From: Eledone cirrhosa
Lineage: Eukaryota
Direction of reading: 5' to 3'
Assembly (NCBI GenBank): GCA_964016885.1
Contig: CAXHJY010001521.1
Location: forward strand, 74,575-138,574
Length of the DNA stretch: 64,000 nucleotides
Numbering within the stretch: the first letter of the stretch is position 1; each line of letters opens with the position of its first letter. Below are positions 31,532-47,897 of this stretch, piece by piece. Under the pieces are notes generated by a model. That model was not told the origin of the DNA. It searched no databases and saw only the letters and a program-made list of their open reading frames with translations. The position numbers were made by a program, and so were the translations under genes.

Positions 31532-31845
31532 TAAAAAAATAATGAATAAAACAATGAAACAGTTCCTTATATTAAACAAAAAAAGTTCATTATTTAACGA
31601 TCGTTTCTAGGACATATATGTGTTAGAATTGGCATGCATATTCAACAGATCTATGTACAAAATTATACAAAATTATACAAACTATTGTTTTATTCATTAT
31701 TTTTTTAATATTTTATCTTGACTCTGTATTCCGTTTATCTTTCACCGAAAGTGATTTTTGAATGCATCTCTTCTTTCCATGATATCCGAATTACATTGAG
31801 TTCTTCATACGGATTGGACACTACCGTAAACTCTTGGTAGATTTA

Positions 31846-31937
<92 letters not shown>

Positions 31938-32423
31938 CTGACTTCTGGTTCTTCTGCCTTTGTGTCCACTCTGTCACTCTAATACCAGAGATATGGACAC
32001 CAGACCATCTATGCTTGCCATTAGGAAATAGTAGAAAAAAAACCCCAAAGAAACAGAGAAACGGGTTTAAAATACGAATGAGAGCGTCAATTATTTTTTA
32101 CAAAACATTTCAGTTTCAGGCCGTTAACCCTGGTATATGGAAACATTATCATTTCATTTTTATCATAGATAAATTCTGTTTTTAGGTCGTTTGACATTCA
32201 AAAGTATTAAGACACAGATGTGAAGCTCTACTCTTATCAAAGTTTCCATTTTAACACCTACATATATAAATAAATATATGTGTGTGTGTATATACAGGTA
32301 TAAGTGTGTGTATATATATATATATGCATATATATATATATATGTTTATATATGTATATATATATATATATATATGTGTGTATATACATGTGCATATATA
32401 TGTACATATATATGTATATATAC

Positions 32424-32461
<38 letters not shown>

Positions 32462-32464
32462 ATA

Positions 32465-32511
<47 letters not shown>

Positions 32512-32516
32512 ATATA

Positions 32517-32575
<59 letters not shown>

Positions 32576-32580
32576 GTATA

Positions 32581-32683
<103 letters not shown>

Positions 32684-32832
32684 GTATATATATACATATA
32701 TATGTATATATACATGTATATATATGTGTGTGTATATATACATATATATATGTATATGTATATATACATGTATATATATGTGTGTGTATATATACATATA
32801 TATATGTATATGTATATATACATGTTTATATA

Positions 32833-32896
<64 letters not shown>

Positions 32897-33084
32897 CTGT
32901 CGACATCAACAATTCGTATTTAGACTTTTCCTTAACATAAATAGTGAGTCATAAGTAACCGGACAGTCCAACATTTATATATTTATATTCCAAATTAAAA
33001 TATTCAGTAAAATTCTGGTGATACAGTACGAAATTATAAACACATCAAACAAAGGTAATTACAAAAATATATAATTAGAGTTGG

Positions 33085-33782
33085 GGTTCAAAAAACTAAC
33101 CCCTTTCCTTCAATATATTTTGAACCGACTCATCAAAAACCTGACCCCGTTTCTCAATATATTTTGAACCCACTCGTCAAAAAAATGACCCCTTTCCTTC
33201 AATATATTTTGAACCCACTCATCAAAAAAATGACCCCGTTTCTCAATATATTTTGAACCGACTGATCAAAAAACCGACCCCGTTTCTCAATATATTTTGA
33301 ACCGAGTAATCAAAAAATTGACCCCGTATTTCAATATATTTTGAACCCACTAATCAAAATTTGACCCCATTTCTCAATATATTTTGAACCCACGGGTCAA
33401 AAAACTAACCCCGTTTCTCAATATATTTGAACCGAGTAATCAAAAACCTGATCCCATTTCTCAATATATTTTGAACCGACTGATCAAAAACCTGATCCCA
33501 TTTCTCAATATATTTTGAACCGACTGATCAAAAATCTGACCTCGTTTCTCAATATATTTGAACCGACTGATAAAAAAACTAACCCCGTTTCTCAACATAT
33601 TTTGAACCGACTCATCAAAATATTGACTCCGTTTCTTCAATATATTTTGAAGTGGCTGATCAAAAAACTAACCCCATTTCTCAATATATTTTGAACCAAG
33701 TAATCAAAAATCTTACCCCGTTTCTCAATATATTTTGAACCGACTGATCAAAACACTAACTCCGTTTCTCAATATATTTCGA
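33085..33782. repeat. ~44-bp diverged minisatellite, ~16 units
   Basis: tcaatatattttgaacc at 33110, 33154, 33199, 33243, 33287... Confidence 0.93.
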
Positions 33783-34095
33783 AGCTGTATCAAGAACAGA
33801 ATAGCATACACGTCCACACAAGTCGCCATTGATTTCTACACAGGAATTCGCCATCGTTGCTTTAAACTGCTGAATAAAGAATAAAATACTTCTCGGTTTA
33901 TTCAGCGTAGACTGAATTCTTCAATACACTCTAGAGAGAAAAAAAGTCCAGAGGTTTAAGATCAGGAGGTCAAGGAGGTTACTGCCTAGGACCAAGGCGT
34001 CCTATCCATTTACTTGGGAAATATTCATTGAGTCACTTGTGTGAAAACAATGCTGTAATGAGGAAAATGTCTGCCGTCTAGGTGGAACCACATCC
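33783..34095 (-). pseudogene. Tc1/mariner transposase C-terminal relic
   Basis: Minus with stops and shifts: MWFHLDG..PHYS..LNEYFPSKWIGRLGPRQ*PP*PPDLKPLDFFL*, matching the FQQDGA..H..W..SPDLxPxDFFLW motifs; possible TIR remnant near 32940. Confidence 0.8.
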
Positions 34096-34431
34096 AGGGG
34101 GTGGGGGTGGAACTGGAGGAGGGGACACACAAGAAGGCCGTGTTCCCCCCGCCCTCGTTATTTTTTTTTCTCTTCAAACGCGTTACAATATATGCACATG
34201 TTATATTTGTCGCCCTTTATATATGTATATATATATATAGGAAAATGTTTAACCCCGACGGCAGAGCTCAAGCTGTTTCGACAGCTATTGGTCTTTAATG
34301 CGAAGAAATAGCTATGATGGCTAGTAGACCACTGATGATGGATAGTCCTGGCTTCTATTTCTAATTCTTCATTTTAATTTGTATATCACATATGCAACAA
34401 CACAGCACGCCATTTTTCATTCCTATATATG

Positions 34432-34500
<69 letters not shown>

Positions 34501-34661
34501 AGGGAGTGTAACGTGGAGTTACTGCAGGTTCACCCGGGTGAGCACTCGACGTTTAGGTTTACTTTAGTGTCGAGGGGTAGAGCTAGACAGAGTGTATTAT
34601 AGTGAAATAAAACAAAGACAAGTGGTTACTCCTTCATTGCGTTTATTGGTTGGTGACGCGC

Positions 34662-34663
<2 letters not shown>
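34501..34663. mobile_element. Short interspersed repeat shared with 55187-55385
   Basis: agggagtgt.acgtggagttactg..ggtgagcactcga..tttaggtt..agagctagac..agtggttactc in both. Confidence 0.7.
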
Positions 34664-34703
<40 letters not shown>

Positions 34704-35109
34704 TTTTATATATATATTTTTTTATATCCAATTGAGTTCTTCACGCATGGTTAAAATTATTGAAAGAATTAATTGACGCGCGTGCATATTATTTTATTCT
34801 TTCATGTTTTGCGATGCTCTCCCCTTTCCGCTTGATGGCAGTGTGAGATTTCTCATTGAGACTGCTGGAATTTCAAATTTGGCGGTCATTCTAGCACGGA
34901 GGGGTACCATCGCTAAACATTAATATCGGTAAGGTTTTTTTTATATCGATATTTGTCGGGCATCCACTGATGATTTATAAGTGCCCACCTACATATATTC
35001 CTATGGACTATGTGTAGGCTTCTACATAACCTGGACATTATTTTCCCAATTTGTAGAAAACTTATAATGAAACGATCGTTTGGAAAGAGAGATGTATTTT
35101 AATTATGTC

Positions 35110-35430
35110 TCATATAAAATAATACAACTGGCTATCCGCAAAATACGTATAGTTAGCACCCCAAACGTATAATTGGGATTATACTAAGGTATATCCTAAT
35201 GTTTGTTGAGTGAGACGGAAGCCGGTCGGAGTATTGCTTAAAGCTTTCTCTGTTAATGTATTTGATATATCTCACATGAAATGATACAGCCAATTATCCA
35301 CACAATACAATATAGTTAGCACCCCAAACGTTTAATTGGGTATATACTCAGGTATTTCCTAATGTTTGTTGAGTGAGTTGGAATTTGGCCGGAGTATCGC
35401 TAATAGCTTTCTCCGTTTATGTATTTATAT
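35110..35430. repeat. Diverged ~163-bp tandem duplication
   Basis: tatagttagcaccccaaacgt..cctaatgtttgttgagtgag at 35148 and 35311. Confidence 0.75.
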
Positions 35431-35459
35431 ATATATATATAATATATATATATTTTTGA

Positions 35460-36132
35460 AGAACTCAGAGCTGTACGGGAGCCTCCCAAAAGTCTGCTCA
35501 AGGGTAGCACAGAGGAGACTGAGGTTAGCTTGACATGCTCACCGACATCCAGAGTTGACACTGCACTCAGTGGTCCTGTGGGAGCCCCTACACAGGGACA
35601 CTAGAAGAGGGAGACTGAGGTTAGCTGGACATGCTCACCGACATCCAGAGTTGACACTGCACTCAGTGGTCCTGTGGGAGCCCCTACACAGGGACACTAG
35701 AAGAGGGAGACTGAGGTTAGCTGGACATGCTCACTGACATCCAGAGTTGACACTGCACTCAGTGGTCCTGTGGGAGCCCCTACACAGGGACACTAGAAGA
35801 GGGAGACTGAGGTTAGCTGGACATGCTCACTGACACACAGAGTTGATACTGCACTCAGTGGTCCTGTGGGAGCCCCTACACAGAGACACTAGAAGAGGGA
35901 GACTGGGGTTAGCTGGACATGCTCACTGACACACAGAGTTGATACTGCACTAGGTGCTCCTGTGGGAGCCCCTACATGGACACAGTGGAAGAGGAAGACC
36001 AAGGTTAACGTATGTTGATGCTCTAAGGACAGACACTGGTCTGTTGGAAACGCAGGACATGGCAGCGGTGATGAGGGACAGAGACCGCTGGAGAGAACTC
36101 GTCCATAGAACTCGGGAATGTTACCCGCCCTA
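35460..36132 (+). pseudogene. RTE-like LINE 3' end with five in-frame 96-bp tandem units
   Basis: RLRLAGHAHRHPELTLHSVVLWEPLH x5 then GRGRPRLTYVDALRTDTG..MRDRDRWRELV; period 96 (35537, 35633, 35729, 35825, 35921). Confidence 0.88.
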
Positions 36133-36244
36133 TATAAATATATACGTATCAGTTATATATATGCCGTTGTCAAAAGCCATTTCTATAACAGCAACCATGT
36201 ATTTCCCCACCACATACATAGATACATATGTATCTATATATATG

Positions 36245-36293
<49 letters not shown>

Positions 36294-36305
36294 CATTCGT
36301 CCTTT

Positions 36306-36339
<34 letters not shown>

Positions 36340-36415
36340 TCGTCAACTATGAAATTTGTAGAAATTTGTTTTTTTTCTACAAATTTCATACTTGAGGACA
36401 TATATATATATATAT

Positions 36416-36453
<38 letters not shown>

Positions 36454-36584
36454 ACATCGCCTCCTACCACCACCACTACAGAAATATACACGTGGACATC
36501 CGCCAAGTTTTTCAGCAGTAGTTACGGGCCCTTAATCAACCGCATACCACTTAATCTACTTAACATTCCACCATAGTATTTCTT

Positions 36585-37881
<1,297 letters not shown>

Positions 37882-37885
<4 letters not shown>

Positions 37886-38002
37886 GCGTGTGGCTGAGTG
37901 GTTAGAGAATTGGATTCGTAGTCTTGAGGTTGTGAGTTCGATTCCTGGACCGGGCGATGCGTTATGTCCTTGAGCAAGACACTTTATTTCACATTGCTCC
38001 TT
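37882..38002 (+). mobile_element. tRNA-derived SINE head (family B)
   Basis: A box tggctgagtgg, B box gagttcgattcc, then gtccttgagcaagacactttatttcac. Confidence 0.85.
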
Positions 38003-38197
38003 CTACCTGGAGTTGCGACCGATACATAGTATTAGCAACTGGAAAGACCGACGGAAACATTGTTTCCTCGGTCCGATTTGACGAAAGTCGATCGATCCTT
38101 TATATATATATATATCCCTTTATCTCTCTCTTTCAATCTCTCTTTCTTTTAATCTCTTTCTCTGACTCACTTTCACGTTCTCTCTCTCTCTTTCTCG

Positions 38198-38230
<33 letters not shown>

Positions 38231-38326
38231 GCAACAGGAGAGAGTGATGGGGTGAAAAGGAGAGAGAGAGAAAGAGAGGACTTTATTTAACGACCTCGAA
38301 TGGCGGGATTTGAACACAGCGAGAAG

Positions 38327-38364
<38 letters not shown>

Positions 38365-38507
38365 TTAAATGACAAAGACAATGGGAAAAAAAGAACGCAT
38401 AGACAGTCCCATCTCCTCAGTCAACCTCCTGAAATCACTATGGTTTCGGTCGGTTAAGGTCGATACCAACCCTATTCAAGTGCACATTTGAACACAACAA
38501 AAGAGGT

Positions 38508-40260
<1,753 letters not shown>

Positions 40261-40517
40261 TGAAATGATTCCTGCCACCACTGCATATCTACGCCCAGAA
40301 CCACCCCACCACTCCACCACTGCACCCTCCTCCCTCACCCTACCAACTAGAACCCACACCCCGAATCTTCCCTCAAATTACACACACACAGTTGTTCGTC
40401 ACTTTTAAAAAATCTTCACACCCAGGCATTGCTCGATAGCATTAATTCATAATTACTAATAATATTATATCGTGCAATGGCCATACTCGATAACAGCAGC
40501 CATTATATATTATGTAA

Positions 40518-40632
40518 GGCAAAGTTAATCCCGCCCAGGTTAACTTTGTCTTTCATCCTTAAGGGGTCGATTAAATAAAGTACCAGTAATGTACTGGGAT
40601 AATTGCTGGCCTTGTGCCAAAAGTAGCAATTA
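40518..40632 (+). mobile_element. SINE family A 3' part
   Basis: tttcatccttaaggggtcgattaaataaagtaccagt..ttgctggccttgtgccaaaagtag. Confidence 0.8.
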
Positions 40633-40781
40633 TATATTATACACACACACACACACACACACAGATATATATATATATATATCGATGAAATGCCTATGAT
40701 AGTTGGAATATCACTGATGAAGGACAAACTTTTTCATATGTAACCCATTTGCAACTCCGCAGCGCCCTTATTATCATATTT

Positions 40782-40832
<51 letters not shown>

Positions 40833-40916
40833 AAAGTTCTATTTAAAATTGTTGGGATACAACAAGTAAATATTTTTATAACTGATATAAAGCACTCGAC
40901 AAGTATTTGGAATAGA

Positions 40917-41053
40917 TATACGATATTAATAAATGGAAACTATATTTATAAAACCATATTTATTTCATTATACATATTTCAATTTGGTATCCCTGAAATA
41001 TGTATAATGAAATAAATATGGTTTTATAAATATAGTTTCCATTTATTAATATC

Positions 41054-41058
<5 letters not shown>
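40917..41058. repeat. Perfect ~64-bp inverted repeat with 14-nt loop, made of the 3' half of the 42402-family hammerhead cassette
   Basis: 40917-40980 is the reverse complement of 40995-41058. Confidence 0.85.
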
Positions 41059-41090
<32 letters not shown>

Positions 41091-41093
<3 letters not shown>

Positions 41094-41313
41094 ATAATAA
41101 TAAATTTGAAGACTAAAATCCAAAGAGGGGTCGATAAGGATAAATATATATCAAATATATAAGAACCGTAGAGCAAATATTTATTAAAATAACAGATTAA
41201 AGTTTAAGCAAGGAATCGTTGCTTTCACCCTTAACGGGATCTTCTGAAACTTGCCGTTAAGGGTGAAAGCCACGATTCTTTGCTTAAACTTTAATCTGTT
41301 ATTTTAATAAATA
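41091..41313. mobile_element. CAGAAGA-core cassette as fold-back; complete fold at 41200-41252 (-)
   Basis: Minus: aagttt CAGAAGA tccc gttaa gggt GAAA gcaa cgattcc ttgC TT aaactt; IR 41178-41237 / 41254-41313. Confidence 0.75.
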
Positions 41314-41550
41314 AATTTAAAAAAATATATATATATATATAATTTCAGCGAGATCGAATTTCGGCAGTGGTCAAAATCAAAGCGAAACGCAATTTTCAAG
41401 ATATGCGGTAAGCGCTCAATGGACTAAAAGAAGACCAGAGCAATAAACATAGGTTATAGAGGCCAAACAAACTGAAAACGGGGGTCAAGAAGCCATCAGC
41501 AACCGATGCCAAAAAAACGAAGCAAGCTAAACAGGTCAAACGAATATCAA

Positions 41551-41800
41551 CATCATCATCATCGTTTAACGTCCATCTTCCACGCTAGCATGGGTTTAGA
41601 CGGGAATTGTCCCACGTGAGGCAAGATTGCTTGTCTTGCTCGTATAGGACTGTCTGGCGGGTTTTCTACGGCTGGATGCCCTTCCTAACACCAACCACGT
41701 TTACAGTGTGGACTGGGAGGTTTTTACCGTGTTACCTACACGGCCACATTACAGCGTGGACTGTGTGTTTTTTTGTCGTGACACCTACACGACCTCATTT
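41551..41800 (-). mobile_element. RTE-related SINE-like repeat with (TGA)n tail
   Basis: catcatcatcatcgtttaacgtcc..tacggctggatgcccttcctaacaccaacc, a motif I recall from RTE-associated SINEs. Confidence 0.6.
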
Positions 41801-42152
41801 ATTTAGGACTGGATGTTGTGATATTTCCAAAAGCGAATGAAACCCCATGGGGTAGAAACGTAATTTTGGTATGTTTATATACATTTTTTCTTCTAACTTT
41901 GATTTTATACCTAATTGTGTATGGTTGACGATATATTTAATCGATTTCCACGTGCTATTGGAAATGCTGGGTAAATATTCTATAGCTGTTGATCGCGAAT
42001 AGATAGCTGTCGTTTATTTATCTATTATTTCTTCATAGGTGTCTTTTAATCTTATAGCCTGGTTTAATTGGTCTGTTGTGTGGTTGATTATGCTGATTGG
42101 GAGAGGAAACGGTGTGTATATTTTATCAAATGATTCTATGGACATACTTTAT

Positions 42153-42238
<86 letters not shown>

Positions 42239-42401
42239 CAAAGAGATAAAGGAAAGAGATATTTAATTTGCTGGTAATTCAACAAATTTATTTATAACAG
42301 ATTTGAAGCACTCGACAAGTTTCCTGGAGTATAATCAATGATATTTATAAAACCATATTTATTTTATTCTATATATTTTGTATTTTATTATATAAATTTT
42401 G

Positions 42402-42464
42402 TATTTTACCTGATGAGGGCGTACCAAAGTTTTTTGGTACCCTTGAAATATATATAATAAAATA
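42402..42464 (+). ncRNA. Minimal hammerhead ribozyme
   Basis: tattttac CTGATGA gggc gtacca aagttttt tggtac cctt GAAA tatata TA ataaaata; preceded by an inverted copy of its own 3' flank (42341-42377). Confidence 0.72.
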
Positions 42465-43409
42465 AATATGGTTTTATAAATATAGTTTTCTATTTATTAA
42501 TATCATTCATATATATATATATTTATTTGTATATACATGCACACATAAACGTACGTACGTACATACATACAAACATACATATTTATATGCATACATACAT
42601 ACATACACACCTACATATATACATACATACATACACACCTACATATATACATATATACATACATACCTACATACACACCTACATAAATACATACATACAT
42701 ACATACATACTCACCTACATATATACATACATATCATTCATATATATATATGTATATACATGCACACATAAACGTACGTACATACAAACATACATATTTA
42801 TATACATACATACATACATACATACACACCTACATATATACATACATACCTACATATATACATATATACATATATACATACATACCTACATACACACCTA
42901 CATAAATACATACATACATACATACATACATACATACATACTCACCTACATACACACCTACATTCATACACACCTACATACACACACACATACATACATA
43001 CATACACACATACATTCATACACACCTACATACATACACACACACATACATACATACATACATACACACATACACACATACCGTCACTACTGTGAATCAC
43101 GCTGTGTTGGTGCTTATGTTAAATGTACCCTATTCTAGAGAAGAGTAAGGATGACTTGTGTGTGTATGTATGTGTGTGGGGTGGGGGGTACTACTACTTC
43201 TAGGGTGGGGTGTGTGTATGTGTGTGGGGGGTACTGCTACGTCTAGGGTGGGGTGGGGTGGATGGGTGGGATGGGGGTGTATTCTGTTTATTTGCAAAAG
43301 TCCACTGTAATTACTTGTGGAGCACGTACGGTGTCTGTCTGTCTGCCTGACTGTCGGTCTGTCACTGCGTGTGTGTGTGTGTGTGTGTGGTTGTGTGGTT
43401 GTGTATGTG

Positions 43410-45338
43410 AGTGTGAGCGTCTGTCTGTGTGTGTGTGTGTGGTTGTATGTGTTCGTGTGGTTGTGTATGTGTGTGTGAGCGTCTGCCAGTGTGTGTATGT
43501 GAGAGCGTCTGTCAGTGTGTATATAAGCGTCTGTCAGTGTGTGTGTGTGTGAGCGTTTGTGTGTGTATGTGTGTCGGCGTCTGTCAGTGTGTATATAAGC
43601 GTCTGTCAGTGTGTGTGTGTGAGCGTTTGTCAGTGTGTGTGTGTGTGAGCGTCTGTCAGTGTGTGTATGTGAGAGCGTCTGCCAGTGTGTATATAAGCGT
43701 CTGTCAGTGTGTGTGTGTGTGAGCGTTTGTCAGTGTGTGTGTGTGTGTGTGTGTGAGCGTCTGTCAGTGTGTGTGTGTGTGAACGTCTGTCAGTGTGTGT
43801 GTGAACGTCTGTCAGTGTGTGTGTGTGAGCGTCTGTCAGTGTGTGTGTGTGTGAACGTCTGTCAGTGTGTGTGAACGTCTGTCAGTGTGTGTGAGCGTCT
43901 GTCAGTGTGTATATAAGCGTCTGTCAGTGTGTGTGAGAATGTCTGTCAGTGTGTGTGTGTGTGAGCGTCTGTCTGTGTGTGTGTGAGCGTTTGTCAGTGT
44001 GTGTGTGTGAGCGTCTGTCAGTGTGTGTGTGTGAGCGTCTGTCAGTGTGTGTGTGTGTGTGAGCGTCTGTCAGTGTGTGTGTGTGTGAACGTCTGTCAGT
44101 GTGTGTGTGTGTGAGCGTCTGTCAGTGTGTGTATGTGAGAGCGTCTGCCAGTGTGTATATAAGCGTCTGTCAGTGTGTGTGTGTGTGTGAGCGTTTGTCA
44201 GTGTGTGTGTGTGTGAGCGTCTGTCAGTGTGTGTGTGTGTGTGAACGTCTGTCAGTGTGTGTGTGTGTGAACGTCTGTCAGTGTGTGTGTGAGCGTCTGT
44301 CAGTGTGTGTGTGTGAACGTCTGTCAGTGTGTGTGTGAGCGTCTGTCAGTGTGTGTGTGAGAACGTCTGTCAGTGTGTGTGTGAGAACGTCTGTCAGTGT
44401 GTGTGTGGGCGTCTGTCAGTGTGTGTGTGTGTCTGTGTGTGTCAGTGTGAGCGTCTGTCAGTGTGTGTGTGTGTGAGCGTCTGTCAGTGTGTGTGTGTGG
44501 GCGTCTGTCAGTGTGTGTGTGGGCGTCTGTCAGTGTGTGTGTGTGTCAGTGTGTGTATGTCTGTGTGTCTGTCTCTGTCTGTCTGTGTGTGTGTGTGTGT
44601 GTGTCTATGTCTATGTGTCTGTGTGTATGTGTCTGTCTGTGTGTGTCTATGTATCTATGTGTGTCTGTGTGTGTCTGTGTGTCTGTGTGTATGTGTGTGT
44701 CTGTCTATGTACCTATGTCTGTCTGTGTGTCTGTGTGTGTATATGTGTGTCTGTGTGTCTATGTGTGTATATGTGTGTCTGTGTGTGTATATGTATGTCT
44801 GTCTATGTACCTGTGTGTGTGTGTGTATGTGTATCTGTGTGTGTCTGTGTGTGTGTGTGTCTGTGTCTGTATATGTGTATCTGTGTGTGTCTGTGTGTCT
44901 GTGTGTGTGTCTGTGTGTATATGTGTGTATATGTGTCTGTGTGTGTCTGTGTGTGTATATGTGTGTATATGTGTCTGTGTGTGTCTGTGTGTGTATATGT
45001 GTGTCTGTCTATGTACCTGTGTGTGTCTGTGTGTCTGTCTATGTACCTGTGTGTGTGTGTGTGTGTGTCTGTCTATGTACCATGTGTGTCTCTGTGTGTG
45101 TATATGTGTGTCTGTGTGTATATGTGAGTGTGTCTGTGAGTGTGTCTATGTGTGTGTCTGTGTGTGTGTCTGTCTATGTACCATGTGTGTCTCTGTGTGT
45201 GTATATGTGTGTCTGTGTGTATATGTGAGTGTGTCTGTGTGTGTGTCTGTGTGTGTGTCTGTGTGTGTGTCTGTGAGTGTGTCTGTGTGTGTGTCTGTGT
45301 GTGTGTCTGTGAGTGTGTCTGTGTGTGTGTCTGTGTGT
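43410..45338. repeat. GAGCGTCTGTCA-(GT)n compound minisatellite grading into (GTGTCT)n
   Basis: Directly visible. Confidence 0.92.
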
Positions 45339-45603
45339 CGCCGCCATTTTAATGAAACATTGGCTCCGGCCATGGATGAAAGACCACCACCACAGAAATT
45401 GTCAAACGCTGCCTCACCCCCGCTCCACCCCACCCTCCATCCTTATCCGACAACCCCCACACGCACCTCCCCACACCACACCAGCCCCACTCCCACACTC
45501 TCCACGACCCCCCCCCCCATCTCTCTCTCTCTGTTCGCGCGTGGAGGGTGTATATATAAGTATAAACATACTTCTGTTTGTGTGTGTATATATATATATA
45601 TAT

Positions 45604-45687
<84 letters not shown>

Positions 45688-45754
45688 GTCTGTGTGTGTC
45701 TATATGTATATATATATTTATACACCCACACACATACATATGTATGTATATATA

Positions 45755-45798
<44 letters not shown>

Positions 45799-45893
45799 AT
45801 ATATATACACACACATACATATGTATGTATATATATATATATATATAAGTGTGTGTGTGTGTGTGTATGTATGTATATATATGTGCGTGTATG

Positions 45894-45931
<38 letters not shown>

Positions 45932-45967
45932 CACACATATATATACACACACAAACATATACATTTG

Positions 45968-46011
<44 letters not shown>

Positions 46012-46047
46012 CACACATATATATACACACACAAACATATACATTTG

Positions 46048-46091
<44 letters not shown>

Positions 46092-46400
46092 CACACATAT
46101 ATATACACACACAAACATATACATTTGTATGTATATATATATATATATATACACACACACATACATACATATACATGCAATCATACATAAACACACGTAT
46201 ATATATATAATATAATTAGAGAAGGACAGAAAAGAAAGAGAGAGAGAAAGAAAGAAAGAATGAAACCAAAATGTCAAAGATTCTATGTTGATAAAAATGG
46301 CATATTTATAATTTCATGACGGGGTGTTGGACTTTAACTAAAACATACCCATATATATATATGTGTGTATGTGTGTGTGTGTGTGGATATATATATATAT

Positions 46401-46566
46401 AACGAAGGAAATGTGGTAAGGAACCAGATGGACCATAACGCACCAAAGTACTCAATACTTAGCGTAGTAGAGTGGGTAATAGGAACGAGTAGAACCCCGA
46501 CGGCTGCGCTCCAGAATTAGCCGTCGAAACGGCTTGAGCTCAGCCGTCGGGGTCCTACTTGTTCCT
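46401..46566. mobile_element. GAAA-hairpin-GTC repeat family, fold-back copy
   Basis: Minus copy 46401-46506 joined to plus copy 46510-46566. Confidence 0.75.
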
Positions 46567-47070
46567 ATATATATATATAGGTATTTAAATGTATTCTATT
46601 TTCTCCTAGTTTATTTTAAACCTAATTCTGCTTAGTTGACTATATCTGGGCGATTACGCTGTCGAAATATTCGATAAATATTCCACTACGGCCGACGCGA
46701 AGCGCTAGTTTCGGTTATTTGTCGGAGATTCCTTCATAGAAGCCTCATTCTTATAGCCAAGTCTATTCGATTTTTTATATAGTTAATTATGCTAATTGGG
46801 AGAGGAAATAGTATATATTTTATCTTGTGATTCTATAGACATGTTTTATGATATATAGCTCTGATTGTTTAATTTATTAATTTTTCATTGAGCCACAAAG
46901 TGACCGGTTGCAAAACACGTATATGTATATGTATATATATATGTAAACTTTTATATATATATATATGGGTATATGTAAATATAAAAGTGAATGGCCATCC
47001 AAAAAGGTTTAAATATGTATATACTTATGTACATATGTATGTCTATGTATATGTGCATGTGTATGTATAT

Positions 47071-47412
47071 GCGCGGGGACATAGAAATAATCGGGTTCGA
47101 TACTCGATCATGCCGTTAAACCACTGGGAGTGAAGGACCCCAGGGCATTCTTCTAAGAGAAGGCAACTCAGGAAACTGGGAAAACTCCGATATAAAACCT
47201 GCGGCTCAGTAGTTACCGATGATGTTGATCTTTTCTTCTTTTCGGGTTATAGCTACTGTCGCTCAGAGAGTGGGATTGGCTCAGTGCACAGTCTTTCCTC
47301 ACTGTAAAAAAAATCTTCACGCACAGGCATTGCACGATAGAATTAATTGATAATTATCAATAATGTTACATCGTGCAATGGCCATACTCGATAACGAGGG
47401 AGCAGCCATCAT
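47071..47412 (+). mobile_element. SINE with RTE-like 3' tail
   Basis: B-box-like gggttcgatact; ends tggccatactcgataacgag..gcagccatc; tail copies at 40398-40503 and 47898-47938. Confidence 0.65.
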
Positions 47413-47476
47413 GTATGTAGGTATGTGCCATAAAGTGAGACCAATGGTTGACTAGCAGGCTGCTGTCGGGGATGCT

Positions 47477-47650
47477 GCTCATCATATCTGTGAGTCATGT
47501 GGAAAAGAAGGACTCAAACGATATGCAAAAGTACATGAAGTCCAACCAGAGCCAACTATTGCCAGTGAATGTTTTGGTTGCCAAATCTGTGCAAGACATT
47601 TTAGATCATTGGCTGGGCTAAAAAGCCACATTCGATTGCAGCACCGTTAA
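47477..47650 (+). pseudogene. C-terminal C2H2 zinc-finger fragment, probably LINE-derived
   Basis: 47579-47650 [23 protein letters not shown]; paralogous to 62545-62673. Confidence 0.6.
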
Positions 47651-47699
47651 CTCTTCATATATGTATATATATCTTCATATATATATATATATATATATC

Positions 47700-47857
47700 T
47701 TTCAGAAGATCCCGTTAAGGGTGAAAGCAGCGATTCTTTGCTTAAACTTTAATCTGTTATTTTAATAAATATTTGCTCTAGGATTCTTATATATTTGATA
47801 TATATTTATCCTTATCGAGCCCCTTTTGGATTTTAGTCTTCACATTTATTATTATTA

Positions 47858-47860
<3 letters not shown>
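47700..47860 (+). mobile_element. CAGAAGA-core cassette
   Basis: ttt CAGAAGA tcccgttaagggt GAAA gca..tgctt aaactt plus shared 3' flank. Confidence 0.72.
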
Positions 47861-47897
<37 letters not shown>

